Shown: in pieces, positions 50,545 to 64,000 of the stretch | How positions within the stretch are numbered: the stretch's first letter is position 1 | How the letters are laid out: each line of letters starts with the position of its first letter | NCBI RefSeq assembly: GCF_964355755.1 | Contig: NC_092672.1 | Span: forward strand, 26,976,437 to 27,040,436 | Origin: Antedon mediterranea | Taxonomy: Eukaryota > Animalia > Echinodermata | Length of the DNA: 64,000 bases | Direction: 5' to 3' | The notes under the pieces: generated by a model | What the model saw: only the letters and a program-made list of their open reading frames with translations | Told to the model about the DNA's origin: nothing | Database searches by the model: none | Program-made: the position numbers and the translations under genes

Positions 50545-51505
50545 ATTTATTTATTTATTTATTTGGAATTACATCTTTAGATCGGTGGCACACTTAGCAC
50601 AAAGGTGCATCCTTTACAATAACAATATAAAATATAACAATTAACAGAAAAGTAAAAAGGCGAAAGCAACTATCAACCCCTATCCTACCCCCCCCCCCCC
50701 CCTCCCAATACATACAGTAGATCATTACTTTACACAAATGAATACAAAACAAAATATAGTAAAAGTGTATTAAATAAAATCACCTGACTAAACACAGGTT
50801 ATTACGTAAACCCACCAACCCCCCTCACCCACCCCTTTTCAATTTACTTAATGTAGCAATGTAGATAACATAGTTATTGAGTCATGGAATTCAGTGAATC
50901 GTTTCGAAATTTCCATGCTTGTTTTAGGTATCTTTTACAAAAACTATCCAAAATATTTTCACACTCTTCATCAATTAAATTATTTGAGTATCCCAAAATA
51001 TATTTAAGTTTGTCATTTTCATGAGAAGTATAACAAGTATCAAACATATCTTTGCTGCCATTTCTATACATATCCATATATAAATTAAATAATTCCTGAT
51101 TACGTATATTATTTAAAGCTGGACAATGAAATGATGGATGTCTTCGTTCAAATTTGTACCGCATAATTTACGTTTTTTATTATTATCAATATTCCAATTT
51201 GCAGTTCTATCATTCAAAGGTAGAGTATTTGAACGAGCTTTAAATTTTAATGCAGCACCTTCAAAATTAGTTTTATCAAAAGTAGTTTTCAAGTCCATGT
51301 TTTGATTTTAATGTTTCATAGATGTGGAGACTTGATTTATTTTGTAATTGAATTCTCCATTCATCTATCATTATAAGAGTTAAATTTTCTTAAGATTTCA
51401 GAAATTGGAAAGTAGACTTCTTTATAATTTGAGAGAGTGGTGAAAATATTTTTGGAATCACAATTACACTTCAAGAGAATATCGTTTATACAAGATAGAA
51501 ACTTA
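50545..51505 (-). mobile_element. 5'-truncated, frameshifted non-LTR retrotransposon (LINE) 3' end
   Basis: Minus-strand frames give ..KFKARSNTLPLN..LCG..EDIHHF / CPALNNIR.., a decayed C-terminal CCHC-type motif of LINE ORF2. An (AAAT)n tail lies at ~50545-50563. Confidence 0.75.
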
Positions 51506-51741
51506 TACGGTACGGTACCTTAAGTCTTTAAATTCACAATTAAGTTGTAGCATTCCAATAAACATAATTTTTGGTCATCGATAGTTTTCCATATTTATTT
51601 TTTTTATTTATTTTTTTTTTATTTTATTTTATTTTATTCAATCGAAACCAACAGCGATAATTACCGCCACTAACATGTTTGATACAAACAAAGCCAGGAC
51701 TGTTTAAAGCACCTTGATTGGTCCTAACATTTACAATTCTA

Positions 51742-51826
51742 TGGAAGTATTTCATACGAAGAGTTTAAGTTGCTTAACTTCGGCGATCTGACGAGAACCG
51801 GCGTTTCAACGCAGTATGGCCGTATA
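51742..51826 (-). pseudogene. 5S rRNA-derived fragment (pseudogene or SINE3 head)
   Basis: Minus strand TACGGCCATACTGCGTTGAAACGCCGGTTCTCGTCAGATCGCCGAAGTTAAGCAAC matches the 5' half of metazoan 5S rRNA; the 3' half is degraded. Confidence 0.8.
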
Positions 51827-52714
51827 TATAATATTTTAAATCTGAGAAACCAGTATCGAATAATAATATATTCGTGCGAATCGAATTTAATTATGATTGG
51901 TTCCGCATTTGTCCACGTCACAAAAAACAGATGAAAATGTTAATACACATGCGCAATAGTGAACACTTTCGATTCGCCTAGTGGAAAACCGGCTTTATTT
52001 TACTTTTTTACTAATTATTATTTGTGTTACTGTCTTCCTATTTACCAGTAAACGGATTAGTCTAGTAGGAAATGGGGGTTCCCATGCACCCCTGAGGTAT
52101 ATTTTTTTAATGTGATTTTTTATAATCCCAAGTATGTCTAGTAACCAGATCAGGCTGTTAACATTTTCAAATCGTGTCCCATGGGGTTGTTTTTTGACCC
52201 GTTTAGTCGGCCATGTTGGTATTAACAAATTTACATTTTTTCGCATTTCTCAGGAAAAGGAGGTCGTTCGAGAACTGCTAATGCTCTAAAATGTGGACAA
52301 AATTGTGTAAAAATGTACTATACTACTGTACTATATTATTAGTGCATACATTTCGAAAGCAATGATACTTTCAGCACTCCACCCTTCTATTTCAAAATCC
52401 TTTTTTCACCACTGTATCTCTCTAAGCCTATAAAAGCTACGGTTTATTAATTAAACAAACACGTTTTGAAATCATCATCACGTTTTTATTCGGCATTTTT
52501 TACTGCAAACTAATTGTTTACTTTATTACGTTATTTCTAATCGATAAATAAACTAATAACTAGGCTTAATTGAAAGTGAGAGATAATCCTCTTCTCGCTC
52601 TCTGAAAGATAATGGATACACTAGGATATTAATAAAAGACAAATAGATTATGTTTGTTTTATTTTAGGAGGGATTTGAAAATAAGCAAGTGGAATTATTA
52701 TTATTCATCACCTT

Positions 52715-52862
52715 TAAAACTTGGTTTACATTAGGACGCAATGAGTAAAGCACAATGCAAGTACCTCGACCAATCACGACGCGATAGATCATCATCAAAT
52801 GCCTCGTGATTGGTAAAATTACAAACGTTCCGCTTTACGTCTGAGTAGAAACCAAGCATTAA
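52715..52862. mobile_element. Palindromic MITE upstream of discoidin gene 2
   Basis: Nested inverted repeats CTTGGTTT/AAACCAAG and CCAATCACGA/TCGTGATTGG. Confidence 0.65.
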
Positions 52863-52881
52863 CAACCTGTATGTGGATAAT

Positions 52882-53008
52882 TACCAATCACGATGCGGTA
52901 TTATGGGAGTTTCATTTTAAGATTAGAGAAGAAGACTATAAAGGTTAGAAACACACATTGTGTGCCATTCTCTTTAACATCCTTTGATAAATCAGTCATT
53001 CAACGAAG
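52882..53008 (+). promoter_or_regulatory. Putative core promoter of discoidin gene 2
   Basis: CCAAT (52884), TTATGGGAGTTTCATTT (52901), TATAAA (52937), CTTTGATAAATCAGTCATT (52982). Confidence 0.6.
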
Positions 53009-56478
<3,470 letters not shown>

Positions 56479-56985
56479 AATGGACAACAACAGTGCTCTT
56501 AAACTCAACATTGGCATGTAGCAAAATACAATCATCTCTATATTTAGTAGGGTCTACTTACTGTATACTTATACACAGTATTTAGTTACAATTAGAATAA
56601 AAAAGTAATTTTGTAATTATAAAATTAGACAAATAAAATTAACAAAAAATTAATACTGAAACAATGAAAAGTGGTTATAACCGGTTAGCCAGGCAATGGT
56701 ATACAAGTTTGCCACGATGTTAATTCCATATTAGTTTCGATATGTAAGGGATTTATTCTATTAATTCCATTGTTGCATTATAAATTACGGTATATTAAAT
56801 GCGTTGTTCTGTATTTTTCTTTTTTTTTGTACTGTGATTATGTACTGTCTTTAAAATTCCCCCACACAGATTGTTTATTATTACTCTAGTAGCTAGATCA
56901 ACTTTCGTATGCACTTTGAGGTCCAGAGAATTTGACTTCAGAAATTGGTTTAGGGTGGTCAAACAATCATTTTTGGCTTGGTTAC

Positions 56986-57571
56986 ACATTTTGAAAATGT
57001 GGCGAAAGGTCAAAAGGTCAGGGTGAAAAGTCATAAGACCCAACACCAATATGTCCTTAAATCTCAACAACCACTGGTCACAGCGAAGTAATTTTGGTCT
57101 CAAATTGATCAGAAGGTATACATTTATATTCAGTCTAATGGGACATTTTAGTTAAAAATGATCGGAAATGACATTTCTGACCTCTGACCCACAACCCAGG
57201 GCATGTATTTATCTCCGTAACTACTGGTCGTAGACACTTGAATTTGGTTTTAAATTGTTCGAAATATATATTTTGTTATTTGTTAAACATTTTGAAAAAC
57301 GTTACAAAAGGTCAAAGGGTCAGGGTCAAGGGTTATATGAACAAATAAATAAAGGTACTTGTATCTCGGCAACCACTGGTCGCAGCAAGTCAATTTTGGT
57401 CTCAAAATGCTCAGAAGGCATGCATTTATATTCCGTCTAATGGAGCATTTTAGTAAAAATTGATCAGAAAGGCCATTTCTAACCTTTGACCCACATACCA
57501 GGGCATCTTCATATCTCTGTAAGTACTGGTCGTAGAAACTTAAATTTGGTATCAAATTGTTCGAAATATAC
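56986..57571. repeat. Two ~300-bp direct repeats within a GGTCAAAGGTCA-type interspersed element
   Basis: 56986-57270 and 57287-57571 are collinear (ACATTTTGAAAA..AAAGGTCA..ACTGGTCG..AAATTGTTCGAAATATA). Confidence 0.75.
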
Positions 57572-58055
57572 ATATTTACATTAATTGTAATAGAAAATGT
57601 GGTTGAAAGATGAACAGAAAATACTATTACTAATGTTTAAAACAAAAAACATATCTCTACACAACTTATCCTTAGACAGTAATGTTATGCAATAACTGAT
57701 ACTTATTTTTTCAATTTCAAGTACTAGTTATTGCTGTCCACGAGAACAATTTTGATATAAACGTCAAGCTCAACAGTTCTTTTCAGAATGCTAGAAGTAA
57801 CTTGCCATGTGTATCCGATTAAACACCCCGTGCATTTATTGTTCAAAAGGGTTTTTAGGGGGAGGGGAGGCATCTTTATTTGGAGTATAATAATTATGGT
57901 AGCATTATTAAATAAATACCACCTAGATGTAAAAAAAATACAGCACAATTAATATCAAAAAATGAAAAAAATTAGTAACACTTGCGCACTATTGCGCAGA
58001 TCGATTTGTCTACAAAGTGGGCTGAGCTTGTACGTTGCGTGTTGGGTAATAGCGT

Positions 58056-58619
58056 TTAAGTTGAATATAATGAACATGCATGTATTTGAGTCAACCATGC
58101 AAGAAACATGTCAAAACTCAATGCAACAGTGCCCATACTCATAACAATATGACTTTCTGTTGTGTATATCTTATCACAGGTATTGCAAATATAAGTGGGT
58201 GATGAAATGTAATCAGAGTCTGAAGAAGAAGGTGCTGGTGTCTTCCAGCCAATTACTTGTGGATTACCTAAAAATATAACACATTAATTTAAGGTTAAGT
58301 TGATAGTTGTAAAGTCATGTGAGACAATTTGACTAATTCTAGGCCTACAGTATAGTGACTACCTAAGATACAGTATTTGAGAAAACTCGAGCACCGTACA
58401 TCTGAGATCTGAGTTTTACAGACAACATTAATCAACACCTGTACCTTTGATCTTTTAAAGTAAAATAATACACAGTTTGTAAGACTACTTACCATAAGAA
58501 TCTCCAGCTGACTTGATGCTACCAGATGCTTTCAGTTTCATGTGAGCTCCTAGACTTCCATTACCAGACCATATTAACCTTTCAGACTGAACATTGTTTA
58601 CTAGTATTCTATTTTTCAG
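58056..58619 (-). CDS. Partial two-exon spliced ORF of unknown function
   Basis: Exon 58619-58493 (cag|LKNRILVNNVQSERLIWSGNGSLGAHMKLKASGSIKSAGDSYG|gtaagt, 127 nt) joins in phase to 58267-58056 (tttag|NPQVIGWKTPAPSSSDSDYISSPTYICNTCDKIYTTESH..*). No convincing first exon found. Confidence 0.45.
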
Positions 58620-59606
58620 CTGTATGGAAATAATTATTGTTGTGACATTCTATGACTTATGACGTACGTTACGTGTATTTTATCACTGCTGTTGGTAATT
58701 CACTTAAAAACAAACATTTGCAGCACACAGCTGTTTCAACCAATGTAAAATAAATAGAAAAAGTCAAGCGCCCTCAATATTGTCAGACGGCGATATGTGC
58801 CTGAGCGTGACGCCGCGCGAGTGGTTGAATCTCGTTCAACTTTCGCGACATTTGCAACTTTTATAACTACACTTTAAATTATTTTAATCAATTTCGTCAT
58901 AAATATTATAAAACCATTTTTATACTATTTGTTAGAAAATAAGTTTTTTAATTACCGATTTTTTGGAAATAATAAGTAATTTAGCATAACACCAAGTTTA
59001 CGAAATTATTTACACCCGGAAGTTTTAAAAATTAACATCGATCGGCCTAGCAAATGTAAACAATGGAAAGTTTGAAAAAATGCTTGTCAAATTGTACACT
59101 TTTTGTTTTTATTCGTAATTTTCATAAATACTTGGAAAATCTAGGTAAAAGTTTGATTATATATGCTTACATGAGACATTGAATTGTTAGGAGGTGACGG
59201 TGAAAATCTCAAGAAATTTTCATTGAAAAACTCGACTGTTTTGTTAAATGCGAAACAGCGTATTTGGCGAGAGGTCGATGAACGCGTCTGATAACCGCTC
59301 GCTAGGCTGTACGCAACTAGGCCTAGGTTGTAGCTAGGCCTAGTTGGTACGTATAAGTAGTGTAATCATGCTATACATCATTTTAATTTACAATATATTA
59401 AATAATAAGCTTAATTATTATCATTGTATTTATTTCAACTGAATATAATTCATCATAAATGTAAAAATTTAGTAAAACTACTAACTACCAGGCCTAGGCT
59501 AGGCCCTTAAAATTAAAGCCTATACAAAAATACTCAAACTACTGTATGATAAATATAATATAAAATTAAAGGTTGGTAAAATTAACATTTCTTTTCATTT
59601 TTGTAG

Positions 59607-60477
59607 GCATCACAGTTTCACGAAAAGGCTTTACGTTCTACTTGCTTTTGTTGTGGAACAAAATTTAAAGAAAAAGATAAAAAATACAATTTTTAAAATA
59701 TGAAAAGCCGTCACAAATTTGCACTAAATCTAACAAATGTAAAATCACAACCTATATACATTTGTACAACCTGCCATTCACGAATTTGCAATGGATACTG
59801 TATACTACCACGCTAACATTTAAATTAACAGGGCATGAAACAAATTGCTTGGCATGCTACACCAACAACAGCAAAAACTACATTCACAAGTGAAAGAACA
59901 CACTGGCGTTTAAGGGAACAGTTTTTTTATTTGGTACAGCTGCTCCATAATCTGCTTTTCTTCCTTATATCTTCACTCTTTTTGAAAGTTTATACTAACA
60001 AATTTATTTAAATGAACATACCTCATAATCAAATAACTGTTTTCTCATCCTAATTTATATACATAGTTTAAAAACTGCCAATTTTCAATTAAGATTACAT
60101 CATACATTGTACATTTCTATTCAACAAAATTGTCAGAACTTTTCATTATTTAAATGTCTAAGATAGTCAGGTCTCGGGTCCATTCTACAGTCACCACAGA
60201 TTGACTTTTTCATCACAAAATTTCTGAAATTATAAAATGTATTAATGTGTAAATTAAGTATTTTTTTAATTACATAAAAAATATGATACAAGTATTTTTA
60301 GCAGAATACAGGCATATTGCACCAGGTGTAATACAGCTACATATGCTTGAGCACCATGCTATTGCATTCATGAGAGAATGGAAGGTGGTCTCTGAACAAG
60401 GCGGGGAGCTAATACATGCCGAACTCAACCGTCACAAAACAGCAGTGTGGATTAGAGTCAAACTTAGACTCATCTGA
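59607..60477 (+). mobile_element. Decayed, internally deleted Chapaev/CMC (Transib-related) DDE transposase
   Basis: 59607 frame: FHEKALRSTCFCCG..(stop)..QPIYICTTCHSRI fits the H-x7-C-x2-C-G...P-x3-C-x2-C Chapa-type zinc motif. 60283 ORF: LHMLEHHAIAFMREWKVVSEQGGELIHAELN fits the H-x4-H..EQGxExxH catalytic-E motif. TIRs not found. Confidence 0.65.
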
Positions 60478-60739
60478 CTTTCACATCTCCAATGATACAA
60501 AATGAAATAATAAAACCCAACAAATGCAAGAAAGCCAACAAAGAATGATTCATTAACATTAATGATCATAAAATATTGTACATTTTTAAATGTTAAAGGA
60601 ATATTGCATTGTATTGATTTCCTTTTAACAATGCCTAATGATAATGAACATGTAAAAGTAATACTATAGTATGTCTATATTTCAATTACTAACTAATTAC
60701 TATTGATTGATAGTACTACTGCTGTACTGTACATGTGTT

Positions 60740-63305
60740 AGTGATTGATTGTTAAAGTTACAAATTCATAGCATGGTAAACACAATTTAAAATTTACTAG
60801 TTCTTGAACAGTAAAATAAACTTACCTATATAGATGGTAGGTATAGGTATTGGTCCAAATCTGTTTAAAATGTTTTAGCCATTTTGGGTTGCCGCTATAC
60901 TATATTATTATGTACCTAAAAAATATTAATAGTAATAGTATAACATTATAATAAGAATTAATTAAAATTAACTTATTATATTTACTATGGTTGCATACAC
61001 ACTAATTTGAATATGCAGTGATGAGCAAAAACAAATGTTAAAATTCATTATTTATAATAATTGTAATTATTACATACAGGGTAGGCATATATGCCTTATG
61101 TCATTGCATAGGGTATATATAACCAGGTATCCTCATAATAAACATTATTTGTAATAAATACTGTAAATATATTAAAAATAAAAATTAATAATATCCTCTA
61201 GGCCTAATTAGGTAGCCTACTAATACCTAGCCTATTGCTCTAGGCTAGGCTAAATAAGCTGGAAAGCTGCTTCTCTTAGGCTGCTAGTGCAAGAGAGCAC
61301 AGGTCCAGCTAGTATATTAAAATAAAAATAGGGCCTAGCCTAGCCTAGCCAGTGGTAGTGATTGGTTGTTAATATTGAAAATTAATAGCATGGTAAACAC
61401 AATTTAAAATTTACTAGTTCTTGAACAGTAAAATAAACTTACCTATAATATAGATGGTAGGTATAGGTATTGGTCCAAATCTGTTTAAAATGATTTTTCC
61501 ACTTCGGGTTGCCGCTATGTACCTAAAAATAGTAAAACATTACTATAAGAATTAATTAAAATTAGCTTATTAAATTTAATATGGTTGCATACATACTAAT
61601 TTGAATATGCAGTGATGAGCAAAAACGAATGTTAAAATTCATTATTTATAATAATTGTAATTATTACATACAGGGTAGGCATATATGCCTTATGTCATTG
61701 CATAGGGTATATATAACCAGGTATTCTCATAATAAACATTATTTAAATAAAATACTGTAAATATATTAAAACTAAAATTAATAATAATTAAATAATAATA
61801 TATATTAGCCTAGACCTAATTAGGTAGTCTACTTATACCTAGCCTATTGCTCTAGGCTAGGCTAAATAAGCTGGAAAGCTGCTTCTATGTAGGCTGCTAG
61901 TGTTAGAGAGCACAGGTCTAGCTAGTATATTAAAATAAAAATAGGGCCTATAATATAGGCCTAGCCTACCCAGCCACTGGTAGTGATTGATTGTTAATAT
62001 TGAAAATTAATAGCATGGTAAACACAATTTAAAATTTACTAGTTCTTGAGCAGTAAAATAAACTTACCTACTGTATATAGATGGTAGGCTGCTAGGTATT
62101 GGTCCAAATCTGTTTAAAATGTTTTTGCCACTTCAGGTTGCCGCTATGTACCTACAAAATAGTAAAACATTATTATAAGAATTACTTAAAATTAGCTTAT
62201 TAAATTTAATATGGTTGCATACAAACAAATTTGAATATGCAGTGATGAGCAAAAACGAATGTTAAAATTCATTATTTATAATAATTGTAATTATTACATA
62301 CAGGGAAGGCATATATGCCTTATGTCATTGCATAGGGTATATATAACCAGGTATTCTCATAAGAAACATTATTCAAATAAATACTGTAAATATATTAAAT
62401 TAAATTTAATAATAATTAAATAATAATATATAGGCGTAGAGCCTAGACCTAATTAGGTAGTCTACTTATACCTAGCCTAATTGCTCTAGGCTAGGCTAAA
62501 TAAGCTGGAAAGCTGCTTCTCTGTAGGCTGCTGCTAGTGATAGAGAGCACAGGTCTAGCTAGTATATTAACATAAAAATAGGGCCTATAATATAGGCCTA
62601 GCCTACCCAGCCAGAGGTAGTGATTGATTGTTAATATTGAAAATTAATAGCATGGTAAACACAATTTAATATTTGCTACTTCTTGAACAGCAAAATAATC
62701 TTACCTATATAGATGGTAGGTATGGTCCAAATCTGCTTAGCCACTTCAGGTTACTGCTCTATATATGTAGGCTACCTACAATAGTATAACATTAATAATT
62801 ATTATAACAATTTTATAAAATTAACCTAACTTATTAAATTTAATATGATTGCATAATAATTTGAATATGCAGTGATGAGCAAAACCGAATGTTAATATGA
62901 TGCTTGTCATTATTTATATTGTAATTATTACATACAGGGTAGGCCTATAATATTCCCTATGTCATTGCATACATGGTATATATAATCCTCATAATATTAA
63001 ATTTACAGTTTTTGTAATGAATACTGTAAATTTATTAAAACTAAAATTAATTATACTGATTAAATAATATTAAAAATATATAGGCCTAGGCCTAGGCGTA
63101 GATCCTGGGCATAATTTTAATTAGGTAGCCTACTAATACCTATTAGGCTAGTAGTAGGCTAGCCTACTCAAGGCCAGGCTAACTAAGCCGGAAAGCTGCT
63201 TCTCTGTAGTAGGCTGCTAGAGAGCACAGGTCTAGCTAGGGCCTAGGCCTAGTATTAAAATAAAAATAGGGCCTATTATTGGTATATGCCTACCCTACCC
63301 AGCCA
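60740..63305. repeat. ~620-640-bp tandem repeat, 4 units
   Basis: TAGCATGGTAAACACAATTTAA recurs at ~60769, 61386, 62011, 62648, with collinear internal blocks. Confidence 0.95.
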
Positions 63306-64000
63306 GGCCTAAATAATTAATATAATGTAACATTTCCAAACTCATTTGGGTCAGCTGTCACATGAAAGGCAGTGTTGCAACTAGAGTAGACACAAGCCTA
63401 AGCCTAAAAATGACACAATTTGAAACGGCCATAGCTCAAAAATTCAACCATCACCTCTCGACCATTACTATGTTATAACATTCACAGATAACTAAATTAT
63501 CATGCAGTACCAAAGAATTAGAGTGAAAATTACATTTTTTAAAGATACGGACAAACAAACATGTACCAAATTTGGAAATGTCACTCACGTGCGTATTGGT
63601 ATATGCTTGTATTTTATGGTCCACCCTTCCATTAATTTTCAGCGTTACATTCCTTGTAAAAAACAAAACGACAACGTGCTTGTTTCATCCAGGGACTCTT
63701 TAATGAATATTCATATTTTTAGCGACCCTTTATTTTTTTATCTCATTCTCATTGGCTGTTTAAAACATGTCTTTAAATGACGTTTGACTCCACTCTGCAC
63801 ACGTGGATTTGTAAGTAATTGTTTATGTATTGTTACTCCAGCGATACGACTTGTAACGTTGAGGGCGCATGACTTAATTCGTATGTTTGAAACAGCTGTG
63901 AGCAGAATTGTTATTGACCCTGCATTTCTCACACAGCGCCACCGCTATTGGTGTTTGTATTGTGAAGAAAGTCTGGAAATAAAACTACGTTTTCAAATCA

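Noticed and set aside
56795-57573. Similar ORFs 56795-57103 and 57283-57573 as paralogous genes
   Set aside because: The similarity comes from the ~300-bp internal duplication of a noncoding repeat; frames are not preserved.
59607-63305. Intact ProtoRAG (RAG1L/RAG2L) element
   Set aside because: No kelch/PHD RAG2-like ORF, no RSS-like TIR pair found, and the catalytic motif differs from RAG1.

Overview
AT-rich, intron-rich animal genomic DNA. It is probably a marine invertebrate, and the TAGGCCTA excess and repeat types suggest an echinoderm (inference only). The six-frame ORF track is mostly uninformative, so gene models were built by hand from GT-AG sites and exon phase. Main content: (1) a head-to-head pair of paralogous signal peptide-Reeler-EGF-array genes with start codons 2.2 kb apart. 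The minus gene has Reeler plus at least 8 EGF and runs off the left edge. The plus gene is complete: 39 exons, about 1671 aa, SP-Reeler-25xEGF-CUB-9xEGF-TM-short tail. (2) Two tandem small secreted single-discoidin (F5/8 type C) genes, both with an intron-split stop codon. (3) A decayed Chapaev/CMC-like transposase, a divergent spliced ORF beside it, and a ~625-bp tandem array. (4) Many MITEs, HINE/Helitron pieces, a LINE 3' end, tRNA- and 5S-derived sequences, and several hammerhead-ribozyme-like cores. The most unusual structures are an intronic 65-bp array made of an EGF exon end plus its 5' splice site, a recent EGF-exon tandem duplication with one exon deleted, and an inverted pair of hammerhead motifs in a discoidin intron.
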